DNA of 64,000 bases from a virus (lineage: Duplodnaviria; Caudoviricetes), in IMG/VR virus record IMGVR_UViG_3300031994_000006, positions 1 through 64,000 of that record; one strand, written 5' to 3'. This document shows, piece by piece, positions 38,327-49,300 of the stretch. Below the pieces are notes generated by a model, which saw only the letters and a list, made by a program, of their open reading frames with translations, was not told the DNA's origin and made no database searches. The stretch's first letter is position 1, and every line of letters starts with the position of its first letter. Position numbers and translations under genes: made by a program.

Positions 38327-41300
38327 ACCTTTCCGAATTCGTCTTTATGGAATATCTCACCGGGTTTCTTCTTGACGGCGTCCTTTGCATTGTCATAGGC
38401 GTCCTTGACATCCTCCTTGGCATCGTCAACGGCTTTCTTCACGTCATTTACTGTATCATTGACGGCCTTGCCGGCCTCCTTCGCCGTATTCCTGGCGGAT
38501 TCCTCCGCATCCTTGACGGCGTCGCCGACGGCCTTCACGCCGGCCTTGCCCTCGTCATACAGCGCCTTGCCCTGTCTCTTCAGATCCTTATACGTGTCGG
38601 TCGCCCTTTCAACCGCCTGTTTCATCTCACGGTTGGCGGACTCCTTGAAGTACTCGATGATCATCTGACGGCTCGGGAGCTGTACGGCCCTCAGCGCGGC
38701 ATATGACTTCTTGTACCGCTCCTGTTCCTTGAGCAGCCTGGTGTTGTCTGCCTTGACAATATTGGAGAAGCCGTCGGCCAGATCGGGCACGCAGAGGTTG
38801 AGCTTCTGAAGCTGTGTCATGAACTCGTCCTTGACCATCATGAGCGCGAGCGTGACCGGTATGACGGCCGAGTTGTTCTCAGAGCTCATGTTGACGTATA
38901 TGATCATCGGCAGTATGGCGATACCCCTGATGGCCAGTCCTATCACGACGAGCAGCTTGACCTTCGGGATGCTCGTCACGTATATGGGAATGTAAATGCA
39001 CGGCAGGGGTATCGGCACGCCGGCTATCACCAGTCCGGTCGCCAGGAATCCGACGGTCATCAGCGTGGCGATGCCGCAATACCTCACCCAATACTTGAGC
39101 TCGGTTATCTCGACCGACGACGCGCCTGACAGATTCCCGGATACGGGCCTGTCGGGACATCTGCCGAGGTCGTCCTCACCGGCCCCCTGTGCCGGCTGTG
39201 CGGCCGGCGTATTGTCAAGCTCCTCGCCGAGCGCGCCGGATCCCTTGTCGGCCGAGCCCTCGCCGGCGGCGGCGCCTCCGCCTGTCCACGTCTCGGGGGC
39301 CTCGGGGGCCTCGGGCTCCTCCAGTGAGACTGACGTATCCAGGTTGACGACCGGACATCCGACGGTCCAGTCATCCGGATCCGCGTCACGGCCCTTCGAA
39401 CCGAGGTTCTTCCTCATCAGGTCCTTCAGGTCATCGACGTTCTGGAAGGTGTAGAGATCATAGTGTATGCCGTCGAGCTCGAAATCCTTCTTCTCCGGCC
39501 ATTCGGCATAGCCGCGGGCCATGCCGTTCTTCTTCATGAACCTGCCGACGGCGTCCTGCCTGCCGGCGAACTCGGGAGGCGTCCTGACCTCGGGCGGCCC
39601 TGATATGCCGGCGGTCTCAGGCATCTCTATGTCATCCTCGCCGAGATCCGTACCGATGAACACCTCCGGACATCCGGGAGGGTTCCAGTCCGTCTGGGCC
39701 CGAAGGTATTCCTCAGGATCCTCGGCGTCGTATCCGGACTGCTCGTCGCCGGCCTCCGGTATGCACGGCACGGACTGCGTCCACAGCCTGCCTCTCGCAA
39801 CGTCGGCGAGATATGTGAGATCCGGGCCGACGTGATTCTCGAAATACGCGTTCCTTGCCCTGACATAGAGATCCTCGAGCAGCCTGAACTCCTCAAGCAG
39901 CACCTTGTTCCCGACCTTCACCTCATGATCGCGGCCCTCGTCGTCCGTCTCAGTACGCTTCTCGATGAATCCCTTCATCATCCCGCGGAACTCCTTCATC
40001 ATGGAACCGTCGGATACGGACGAGTCCGCCACGGGCTCCGCGAGTTCAAGCAGCTCATTACACCTGTCACGGCCGGGATCGGACTTCACACGGGGTATGA
40101 GCAGTACCGGCTCCTCCGTCTTCTCCACGCGGTCGATGCAGAACTCGCATACGAACATGGCGTCGGCCATGATACGGTCGCGTACCCTCATGTTCTCTGA
40201 GCCGAGCGCCAGAAGGGCGGAATGCTCGCCCTCCGTCTTCTTGATATTGTCGGCGGAACACAGCCGCTCGAGCCTCTTCTGTTCAAGTTCCCTCTGTTTC
40301 TCATACCTTTTCAGGATGAGATTCATCGTCAGCGGATAGACGACCGCGTTCGCGACAGCGAACTCGGCCAGCGAGTAGACGAGCGGATCCGTCACCAGTG
40401 AGAAAGGCGTGTTTATGTCCTGGAACTTGGTCTGAAGCTCCTCCGTGAACTCGAGCGCGGCCTTCTCGAACTCCGCCTGGTTCTGAGCCGACATGGCCTT
40501 CTCCCATGACGATACGCGGATGGACGGCAGCGGATCATTGACGACGGAGTTCATAAGCTCCTCGCCTGCCGCGACCTGTTCCTCACCGGACAGTCCCGTC
40601 CTGACGGTCCCGGACGTGGATGATCCGGCGGATGATCCTCCCGCGGGATGCACGGCCTCCTCGACCTTCTTCATGCCGCCGGGGCACATTATGTCAAGGT
40701 CGCTGCCGGCAAGGCCCGAGCCGCTCTCGCAGTACTCGATACAGTCAATAATGATATGCCTTGAGTTGACGGTCTTGAACAGCCTGCCGAATCCTCCGTC
40801 CTTCGGATCCTTACGGACCACGCCGGACTTGAAAATGGATTTCATCGGCTTCATCCTGCGTTCCTGACGGCACCGGCCTATGATGGTATCGGGGCCGACG
40901 GGATCGCCGGGCCTGACCTTCCATATGCCGGGTTCGAACGGCACAGGCGCCGTGTCGGCGGCGAACTCCACGATGGCGATGCGGCACTGGTCGCCCCTTG
41001 ACTGTCCGGGCTCCGGCAGCCTGGGCTGACGGTATATCGCGGATACGTCGGTCAGGAAGGTGTGGCCGTCACCGCCTCCGCCGTGCGGCAGAGGAGACTC
41101 AGGATCGCCTATAAGCTCGTTTATGAGCTCGTCAAGGCCTTTGTTTATCTCTTCAGGAGAAGCGGAAGGATCGATTGCCTCGGGAAGCCCGGGGATGACG
41201 GATTCAGGCTCGGTCCTGTTATACCTTACGGGTATATCGCAGAATCCGAGCTCGTCTATCCTGACGATATCGGCGGACGAGTCGGGCACCGTCGCCATGA

Positions 41301-41388
41301 GCCTCGTCAGCGCGTCGGCCAGGTCCTCGCCGCGGCGTATGAACTCCCGCCTTGCGGCATCCCTTTCATTATCCGTAATCTGCGGCAT
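38323..41388 (-). CDS. large hypothetical protein with a hydrophobic multi-TM segment and an amphipathic C-terminal repeat
   Basis: 1021-aa ORF; hydrophobic IATLMTVGFLATGLVIAGVPIPLPCIYIP...VVIGLAIRGIAILPMII; A/K/D 11-mer-like tail. Confidence 0.7.
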   Translation of the reverse strand: MPQITDNERDAARREFIRRGEDLADALTRLMATVPDSSADIVRIDELGFCDIPVRYNRTEPESVIPGLPEAIDPSASPEEINKGLDELINELIGDPESPLPHGGGGDGHTFLTDVSAIYRQPRLPEPGQSRGDQCRIAIVEFAADTAPVPFEPGIWKVRPGDPVGPDTIIGRCRQERRMKPMKSIFKSGVVRKDPKDGGFGRLFKTVNSRHIIIDCIEYCESGSGLAGSDLDIMCPGGMKKVEEAVHPAGGSSAGSSTSGTVRTGLSGEEQVAAGEELMNSVVNDPLPSIRVSSWEKAMSAQNQAEFEKAALEFTEELQTKFQDINTPFSLVTDPLVYSLAEFAVANAVVYPLTMNLILKRYEKQRELEQKRLERLCSADNIKKTEGEHSALLALGSENMRVRDRIMADAMFVCEFCIDRVEKTEEPVLLIPRVKSDPGRDRCNELLELAEPVADSSVSDGSMMKEFRGMMKGFIEKRTETDDEGRDHEVKVGNKVLLEEFRLLEDLYVRARNAYFENHVGPDLTYLADVARGRLWTQSVPCIPEAGDEQSGYDAEDPEEYLRAQTDWNPPGCPEVFIGTDLGEDDIEMPETAGISGPPEVRTPPEFAGRQDAVGRFMKKNGMARGYAEWPEKKDFELDGIHYDLYTFQNVDDLKDLMRKNLGSKGRDADPDDWTVGCPVVNLDTSVSLEEPEAPEAPETWTGGGAAAGEGSADKGSGALGEELDNTPAAQPAQGAGEDDLGRCPDRPVSGNLSGASSVEITELKYWVRYCGIATLMTVGFLATGLVIAGVPIPLPCIYIPIYVTSIPKVKLLVVIGLAIRGIAILPMIIYVNMSSENNSAVIPVTLALMMVKDEFMTQLQKLNLCVPDLADGFSNIVKADNTRLLKEQERYKKSYAALRAVQLPSRQMIIEYFKESANREMKQAVERATDTYKDLKRQGKALYDEGKAGVKAVGDAVKDAEESARNTAKEAGKAVNDTVNDVKKAVDDAKEDVKDAYDNAKDAVKKKPGEIFHKDEFGKV

Positions 41389-42871
41389 TGAAAAGCCTCC
41401 TTCCTCCGTTTATGTTGTCTATGAAATCCTCGAGCTCGCCCCATGAATTGCCCTGGAACTTGAGGTTGACGAGCCTTGAGCCGTCCCTCCACGTACTGGT
41501 GTTGATGATGGGGAACCTGGGATCGTATCCGAGCGACGGATCCTTGACCGCCTGTATAAGGTGCATCTTGGTCCTCTCGACCTCGCTCGGTATGAGCGAC
41601 TTGTCGGAGAACGCGGCCCATCCGGCGGCCGGATCATAGAGCACGCCGCCGGCGCCGGACGGCAGCGAGCCGACCAGGTCCCTGACGGGCACGCCCGGCC
41701 TCGGGACCTGCACCCATGAGGCGTCCAGCACCTGCTTGTACGGCTTGACAGGCTCGACGTTCATGTCGTCAGGGGTCCTCTTGACGACCTCCCTCACGAG
41801 ATCGTCGTCCTCCAGGTACATGTCGCCCACGCCGTTCCAGTCGACGGACGCGTCGATCTCGCCCTCGGCCGCGGCCTCTTCCCTGAAAGACCTCGCCTTC
41901 CAGAAACTGCCGGACAGCCATTCGGAGTCGTCCATGGCGTTATGGATGCGCTCGACCTCATGGGGCGTCCTGACGCCGTGCAGATGCTGCGTTATCTGCA
42001 CCGTGCCCGTGATGCCGAAGTCCGCGGCCATCTTCCTCTGACCGCAGTCCGTTATCGGATCGGACACGAGTCCGCGGGCCTGCTCATGGTTCGTCTTCCA
42101 GTTCTCCGCGAGCCTGCCCAGCAGCGCGACGGTCAGCAGCAGGACCTCGATAAGGTCCCAGAGCGCGGACATCGTCTCATTCAGCGTCACCTCGTCTCCG
42201 GTCTCGGTGCCCTCCTCGGTCGTCAGGTTCCTCGACAGCGCGTACAGGCCGGCCTCGGCGGCGGAAGAAGAGTCCGGCGATCCCATCACCGCGTTCCTGT
42301 CGAACATCTCGGGATCGTCCTTGAACGTCTGCCTGCCCTTCTTGAAGAACTGCCTGAGGGTCTTCCACTCGTCGGAAATCTGCCTGGCTCCCTGGAGCGC
42401 GGCCTGGCGTCCCTGGAAGCACAGCTGCCTGCAGTTGTCGAGGATGGGCATCACCTCGAGGGCGAACATGGCGTTCACGAGTGTCTCGCCCTCCTTCAGG
42501 TACAGCTCGGGCTGGCGTTTGAGCCAGTCCTTCAGCGCGGCCTTGTACGCGGCCTTCTCCTCGCCCTTCGCCTCACTGTACATCTTGTAGTACCTGACGG
42601 CGTCGGTGCACTGGGCCCACGCCTGCTCGACCGTGATACCGGTGGCCTTGTAGAACTCCTCGAGCACGATCTGGCGGGCGGCCTCCTCAAGCGACTTGAG
42701 GGTGTCGGCCGCCAGTTCCTCGAGCGAGGGTGCCATCGAGTCCTTGACATAGCGGATCTCCTCCCTGAGCGCGGCCTTCAGCCCGAGCCATTTCTCCCGG
42801 GCTATCATCTTCACGCTCTTGAGGCTCACCCTGTCCTTGTCTATCGGACGTGTCTTAGGGGATGCAGGCAT
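41369..42871 (-). CDS. hypothetical protein (probably late)
   Basis: 500-aa ORF; GATAGATA 4 nt upstream of the ATG. Confidence 0.7.
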   Translation of the reverse strand: MPASPKTRPIDKDRVSLKSVKMIAREKWLGLKAALREEIRYVKDSMAPSLEELAADTLKSLEEAARQIVLEEFYKATGITVEQAWAQCTDAVRYYKMYSEAKGEEKAAYKAALKDWLKRQPELYLKEGETLVNAMFALEVMPILDNCRQLCFQGRQAALQGARQISDEWKTLRQFFKKGRQTFKDDPEMFDRNAVMGSPDSSSAAEAGLYALSRNLTTEEGTETGDEVTLNETMSALWDLIEVLLLTVALLGRLAENWKTNHEQARGLVSDPITDCGQRKMAADFGITGTVQITQHLHGVRTPHEVERIHNAMDDSEWLSGSFWKARSFREEAAAEGEIDASVDWNGVGDMYLEDDDLVREVVKRTPDDMNVEPVKPYKQVLDASWVQVPRPGVPVRDLVGSLPSGAGGVLYDPAAGWAAFSDKSLIPSEVERTKMHLIQAVKDPSLGYDPRFPIINTSTWRDGSRLVNLKFQGNSWGELEDFIDNINGGRRLFNAADYG

Positions 42872-42888
42872 GGATTATCTATCGGCCG

Positions 42889-43602
42889 TCAGATTATTAT
42901 CTCCTTTTCGAAGTCGGGGATCTCCGGGAATCCGCTTGTATCCTTCTCCTTGATGTAGCATGTCCTGGTCACCCAGTAGGCGTCGCACAGGTCGTCGACA
43001 CACTCTATCCAGGCGGTCTTGGCGATGAGCCTCCTGTTACGGACCGCCTGTGTGAACGGGTGCCCGGACGGCCCGTTCTGTCCGAACCTCTCAATCATGG
43101 GATCCTTGAGCGACCTGAACGCCTTGCCGGCGCATCCGGCCACGGACTTCATCGTCGTCGGACTGTACGTGAACAGGTCGTCGGCCAGGCCGAGCCTCAT
43201 GAGCCCGGCGAGGAACACCCCCTTGTATGTGGCGAGGTTCGTCACGGCGTCGCCCTTGGAGCCGAACGACAGGCCCTCCGACGCGACATAGAGCAGGTCG
43301 CCGTCGTTCTTGCGGGCCGACAGCCATCCGTTGATTATGTCGGCGAGGTCCATCGCCCTTCTGATATGGGCCTTGACGGTCTCGGTCGAGCCCTCCGCGA
43401 CGTGCGACACGGGCTCGAGATTCCTGCTGCGGCAGCTGACGCCGCATCCGGCGTACTTGGCGGCCGCCGGCTTCTTGATATCCTGCGGCCAGCAGATGAA
43501 GTCGTAGCTGACGCCCGCGACGGCGTCTATTGTGGCAAGGCAGCATGCGGGCTTGGCGACTGAGAAGTCGAAGCCGGCTATCATGAACTTTCCTTTCGGC
43601 AT
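42889..43602 (-). CDS. RuvC-like Holliday junction resolvase
   Basis: IAGFDFS, VASEGLSFGS, YSPTTMKSVAG and DDLCDAYW acidic motifs. Confidence 0.8.
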   Translation of the reverse strand: MPKGKFMIAGFDFSVAKPACCLATIDAVAGVSYDFICWPQDIKKPAAAKYAGCGVSCRSRNLEPVSHVAEGSTETVKAHIRRAMDLADIINGWLSARKNDGDLLYVASEGLSFGSKGDAVTNLATYKGVFLAGLMRLGLADDLFTYSPTTMKSVAGCAGKAFRSLKDPMIERFGQNGPSGHPFTQAVRNRRLIAKTAWIECVDDLCDAYWVTRTCYIKEKDTSGFPEIPDFEKEIII

Positions 43603-43619
43603 ACGGTAAAATGTGTTTT

Positions 43620-44096
43620 TCAGAAGGGCAGGCCGTCGCCGAGGTCGAGCAGCGACTTCTGTACGGGCCTGTACTCGGGCAGGACGATAGTCTCACATGA
43701 ATAAGGGAACGAGCGGTCGCCCATCTCCTCCCATATGGGATCGGAGTCCTTCGCGGACCAGAGCCCTGAGACGGCGAGTCCCCGGGGCGTCGCGTCCTTG
43801 ACGGCCTGTATGAGCGGCCTCGGACACTGTCTTCCGCTGTACCATCCGGCGGACGCCGTATTGTTCGTATAGACGGTGCATGTGTCGCCCTCGTTGACGG
43901 GACGGAGCGATCCTATCTTCGACAGCCCCCATGCGACGGCGGCTATCTCGCAGTTGTACTGATCCGGCAGGACGTCCGAGTCCGGGTATACCGGGCCGTT
44001 CCACTGACGGAAGCCGTATGCTATGCGCCTGCCCTCCTTGTCAATGACGATGCACAGCGAGTTGTTGTCACGTCCCTTTGCGTAAATCCTGAACAT
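43620..44096 (-). CDS. RNase HI-fold protein, probably catalytically inactive
   Basis: MFRIYAKG / YNCEIAAVAWGL / CTVYTNN align with IYTDG / NxxELxA / VYTDS. The start is set at MFRIY; the track's extension is the RY tract. Confidence 0.5.
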   Translation of the reverse strand: MFRIYAKGRDNNSLCIVIDKEGRRIAYGFRQWNGPVYPDSDVLPDQYNCEIAAVAWGLSKIGSLRPVNEGDTCTVYTNNTASAGWYSGRQCPRPLIQAVKDATPRGLAVSGLWSAKDSDPIWEEMGDRSFPYSCETIVLPEYRPVQKSLLDLGDGLPF

Positions 44097-44239
44097 AAAA
44101 TATCGAAACCTGTTGTTTTTGGCCGGATATTTATCCTGGTTTTCCGGACGGGCCGGATCTGTCCCGTCATACATTAAACGCATGAACATCATGTGTGTCA
44201 CGCGCACGCGCGAGCCTAACCTTGACTTTTCTGAACCTT

Positions 44240-44291
44240 CACGTGTGCATGCACATGCATACACGTGCACACGCATGCGCACACGTGCACA
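44240..44291. repeat. 52-nt perfect alternating pyrimidine-purine tract
   Basis: CACGTGTGCATGCACATGCATACACGTGCACACGCATGCGCACACGTGCACA. Confidence 0.9.
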
Positions 44292-44735
44292 ATCCATCGC
44301 CCAACCACCGGGCGATGCCCTAAACTGGTAAAGTGGAACACTCCTACCTCACCCTCCCGAAATCCCCCATCGGGGTGGACTGATGTTTAATCAGTTCATC
44401 TGATTTATCAATTTCCCCGAGCGCGCGCCCACGCGTAGGGTTTGTAATTTATTGGAAATCAAATAGTTAGGATGTAAGATTTTTCTATTTTGCAATATCT
44501 AAAGTTTGCAAATAAAATAGTTAAAAAAATCTAATTTTATGAAAATCTGTGAAAATATATAAAAATTCGTTAATTCAATAAGCTTTTTAAATACTTTTGC
44601 AAACAACTGCAAATTCAAATGGAAGGTAATCCGGCTCCGGATATGCCGTTCAAGGCTTTCAGGCGTTATATGATAGATATGACGGCCCGTCATAGGGCCT
44701 GTTGACCTATTGAAATTATACTGATTGACTAATTT

Positions 44736-46385
44736 ATGATTTATGCTGACATAACAGACGACGGAAAGTTCCTCACCCTTACAGGGATGACGATGACGGA
44801 GCTCAAGCAGCTTCAGATTTCGTTTACCAAGGAACTTGACGATGCATGGCTGATAAAGAAGAAGACCCCCTGGGCCGCGTTCGAGACGAAGTTCATGAAC
44901 GACTACGGCATGATACCGGCCGGACTGTGGCTTGAGCTCGTCAAGATAAGCCGCAGGTGGTCGCTTCCGCTCGATTTCAGCCCGAAGGCTGTCAGCATGC
45001 TCGTGGATCAGTCCGTCAGCGAGCAGGTGTTCAAGAACTACTGCAGCATGCTGTTCGAGGACGCCAGAGACGGCGAGGGCCATCCGGTCACGCTCCGCGA
45101 CTATCAGATAGACGGCGTGTTCAATCTCGTCAAATACCGCAAGGCCTGCCTGGAGATCACCACCTCAGGCGGCAAGACTCTCATGGCCTACATCCTCTTC
45201 AGGTTCCTCCGTGACGTAATGAACGTCAAGAGGCTCCTGTATATCGTGCCTAACAAGAACCTGGCGACGCAGTCGGCCGAGGCGTTCGACAAATATGAGA
45301 AGTGGACGCACAGCGACCATTCATGGACGAGCGTGGCCCTCGCGTCCGGTACCAAGAAGAAGGATCGCAGGTTTTCGAGTGAGTGTACGGTGCTGTTCGC
45401 GACGTTCCAGACGCTCAACAATAAGGACATGCAGTTCTTCCAGTCGTTCGACGCCGTATTCGTCGACGAGTGTCATCATGCACAGGCGAACTCCATTAAG
45501 AAGATATTGACGATGTGCACCGGCGCCAGTTATGTGTTCGGCATGACCGGCACGTTCCCAAAAGAGGACTCACATGACAGATTCCTTATCGAGTCCTTCA
45601 TAGGCCCGCACGTGTTCACGCTCGAGTCGTTCCAGCTCATACAGGAAATCGGCGGCGCCTGCCCGGTGGTCGTCGTGGAGGAGCTGCTCGACTGGGCGTC
45701 GACAGATGACAAGAAGGCCCTGTACGAGATCAGGAAGACCGCGGCCGGCCAGGACCTCGGCACCAAGCTCCTTCGTCAGGAGCAGGACTTCGTCAACGGC
45801 AATCCCGACCGCCTGTACTATATCTGCAACCAGGCCATCAAGGCGAAGGGCAACTGCATGATACTGTTCGGCGACGTCAACATCGGCAAATACGGTCATA
45901 AGGTGTGTGAATACATCAAGGACAACTCGGACAAGAACGTCTACTATGCAGATGGCTCTACACCTGTCCGTAACCGTGAGATCTATAATGACCTGCTTGA
46001 GAACGATGTCTCCGGCAATACGATTATCGTGGCGTCCATCTATACATACGGAGAGGGTATCGACCTGCACAACCTGTACTCCATATTCCTCGTGAATTCC
46101 CTGAAGAGCGAGAAGCAGCTGCGCCAGATACTCGGCCGCGGCATGCGACTCTATACGAATCCGGAAACCGGCGAGGAGAAGAAGATGGTCGTGCTGTTCG
46201 ACTTCGTGGACGACCTGAGGTACGGCAAGAAGGACGACTCGCCCTGGAGGACCAACAACTACCTCTGGCGGCATCATGAGGAAAGGCATCAGATCTACGT
46301 CGACCATAAGTTCCCGGTATACCAGCGCGAGGTCAAGCTGGGATACCAGGCGGCCAGGTCCGCCAAGGGAATAGATATGTCATGA
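44736..46385 (+). CDS. uvsW: UvsW-like SF2 helicase
   Basis: LRDYQ, TTSGGKT, VDECH, GMTGT, GEGID, QILGRGMR, LFDFVDD, NYLWRHHEER. Confidence 0.9.
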   Translation: MIYADITDDGKFLTLTGMTMTELKQLQISFTKELDDAWLIKKKTPWAAFETKFMNDYGMIPAGLWLELVKISRRWSLPLDFSPKAVSMLVDQSVSEQVFKNYCSMLFEDARDGEGHPVTLRDYQIDGVFNLVKYRKACLEITTSGGKTLMAYILFRFLRDVMNVKRLLYIVPNKNLATQSAEAFDKYEKWTHSDHSWTSVALASGTKKKDRRFSSECTVLFATFQTLNNKDMQFFQSFDAVFVDECHHAQANSIKKILTMCTGASYVFGMTGTFPKEDSHDRFLIESFIGPHVFTLESFQLIQEIGGACPVVVVEELLDWASTDDKKALYEIRKTAAGQDLGTKLLRQEQDFVNGNPDRLYYICNQAIKAKGNCMILFGDVNIGKYGHKVCEYIKDNSDKNVYYADGSTPVRNREIYNDLLENDVSGNTIIVASIYTYGEGIDLHNLYSIFLVNSLKSEKQLRQILGRGMRLYTNPETGEEKKMVVLFDFVDDLRYGKKDDSPWRTNNYLWRHHEERHQIYVDHKFPVYQREVKLGYQAARSAKGIDMS

Positions 46386-49300
46386 AGATCGATTTTGACA
46401 TTAAGAAAACCGTTAAGGAGGCCTTCAGGGCCGGCAACCGGGCCCGTAAGAAGGAGGCCGTCGCCGATACCGTCGAATCAGTCGACAAACTGCAGCAACA
46501 GATTGACAGATTCAGGGAGCAGACCGGATATAAACTTGAAATCAGGAACGGCAGGCCCTATTATGATAACTTTATAGATCTTGAGAACTGTACCGATCTG
46601 ACGGAACTGCCTGACGGCCTGACGGTCAAGAACTATCTCTGTATCAACGGATGTACCGGACTGATGAAGCTGCCGGACAATATGACCGTCGGCCGCGATT
46701 TCTATCTTAATGACTGTGTTAACCTGACATCGCTGCCTCACGGCCTTACCGTCAAAGGCAGTATGTATCTCAAGAACTGTAACGGCCTGACTTCATTTCC
46801 GGCGGATTTGACTATTACCGGATTTTCGATTTACAGGGTTCCTGAGAGCCTTTTCCCGTTTTTCGAGAGCATCGGTGTCGAGGTCCGGTTTATCGGCGGT
46901 ATCCATACGATAGACGCGAAAGACTGGATGGACAGGCGTCATATGGTCAATGAGGCGTTCAAGGCCGGCAACAGGGCCCGTAAGAAGGAGTCCGTTCATG
47001 ATTCGGTATCTGACATACACGATGACGAACCTGTGACGGATGCCGCCGCGGCCGCTGATTTCCTCCGCAATCTCAATAAGAGATTCCCGGGCGTCACCAG
47101 GTTCAAGGATGACCGGTATGAGTCCACATATGTCGAGTTCGCCGTATGGGACGTGAATCATCAGGATACCATGTGGTTCTCGTTCTGGAGGGATTCAGCT
47201 AACCTGGCGGCAGACAGCTGCCTGGATCCTGCCGTTACGCTGATGATATGGTCGGAGGCCGTCGTCAAGGGCGTGCGCGGCCACTGGAAAGGCTATAATG
47301 ACAAGGAGGCTATCCGTGAGAACTATGTCAAAATGCTGCAGGAGTCCGGACTCCCTATCGACATGGCCGACGTCGAGGCACGCCGCAAGCCGAGGCTCAG
47401 GCTGACCAGCAATTCTCTGGCGAGGCTTGCCGCATATGTCGCCCGTCAGGCCGAGATGCAGATCATGGCGCCGCTGGGCAAGGCGTTCCAGCTCGAGGAG
47501 GCGTTCAAGGCAGGTAACAGGGCGAGGAAGAAGGAGTCCGCCCAGGATACGGTCAAGTCCGCCGACGCATACTTCAATTCGGAAAGCATTGACGAGCTTG
47601 ACTCGTTCATCCGGATGGTATGGAAATCCGTATGCGGCGATACCGATATCGACGCGCCTTGTATGGACAATGATCATTATGACAGCGAGGCCGGGATATG
47701 GTGGGGACCGCTGAAATTCCATCTTGAATCCGGGAATATAAAATACCGTATATGTTTCCTGAAGACCGCCGATATACAGGCGTTTAACAAGGCGTTCAAC
47801 AAGGCCGGCGAATCGAATGACGAGTTTGGTCAGGAATGCCCTGCCAAATGGGCGTTCGACATGCATGTCCAGATCGGCGATGAGATGGCGTCTGTCAGAC
47901 TCTACAGGATCGAGCCGTATTCAAAGTACAGCAATACGAATGTGGTGACCTATCCGGTAGGGGTGCCGCAGCTGACAGAGGCATTCAGCGTCCTCAGGCT
48001 GATTTATTCACGAGGTATCCATACCAGGGAGCATGAGGCCGGATGGAGTACGCCGGGCAAGCAGGGCAGTTACTTCTACGCATGCAGCAGATTCTCCGTA
48101 CAGACATGGAGGAATCATATCCTGCCTATCGATGATCATGAGCAGCTGCAGAAGTATTTCACGGATACGGCCAGGGCCGTGTACTTCCGGGAATGCGACA
48201 GGTCGGTGGACGAGGCCTTTAAGGCCGGCAACCGCGCCCGTAAGAAGGAGTCCGTACAGGATGCCGTAGAGGCCCTGTCGTCATTGGAGTTCTATGTCCC
48301 GGCTATGAACGACATCCCCAAGACGGTGCTTGAGAAGGGATCCCCGGCGATTGAGTCGCTGTTCACCCGGAACGGATTCGGCATTCATGAGAAGAGCACA
48401 TACTTACATCCGAAGGAGGCCCTGTGGACCGTCAATATAGACGGCAGCCCGCGTAAGCATATATCGGTCGCATATGTGCAAAGGGGATCCGCAGGATGGG
48501 TGATGTTCCTGAAGATCGGATTCACCGTCATCAAGTGTCTGGTCATAAACAGTCCTGAATGGCTGGGATTCCTGAAGGATCTGACCAGTAAGGCCGATTT
48601 GTTCAGGCTGTATTTCTGGATGACCGGAGACGGCGGCGCCACGCAGGAGATGCGCGACCTGAAGCACAGATATATCGAACGCAGCAAGCCTGTCTACGGA
48701 AATGCTGTGAACCTGACGGAATTCTATGATGCTATATTGCTGCCGTTGATAGATCATTACGGTATCAATATGCCGGACTGTTGTATGTTCGCCGATACAG
48801 TCACGCCGGTTGACATGCTCAGGAAAACCCAGACATACGCCGACATCAGGGAATATATCTCAAAACTGGACGTCAATAATCTCGGCGAGGCCTTCAGGGC
48901 CGGCAACAGGGCCCGTAAGAAGGAGTCCGCCGCCGATACGGTCCAAGAGGTCGACAAGGATCTGAAGGATGAGGATATCGACAGGATTATTGACGATCTG
49001 TGCGGGAAATACCCGGATGTCGCGCATAAGAAGAACTATTATCATGCCTTCAACGGCGACGTCCTGGAGATATACGACGACGATGCGGACGACAATGCCG
49101 TACTGGTGTTCGAGTACCCGAGTGAGAAGGACGACGGAACCGTAAGGGTCCTCGTCTCTTCGTACAGGAGAGTCTATGCACAGGGATCCGAGGAGCAGAT
49201 TGACAAATCCTATAAAATCATCTGCGACAGGCTTATCGACGACAACGTCGATTCCGGGACGGTCACGGCCGACGACGACGGCTGTATGATATTCGAGCTG

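Noticed and set aside
44097-44297. N-terminal extension MDCARVRMRVHVYACAC of ORF 43620..44297, and ORF 26844..27062
   Set aside because: These are translations of the non-coding RY tracts. A promoter motif lies inside the extension.
47970-47990. QLTEAFSVL as a further tag copy
   Set aside because: Only LTEAF matches and the AGNRARKKE part is missing.
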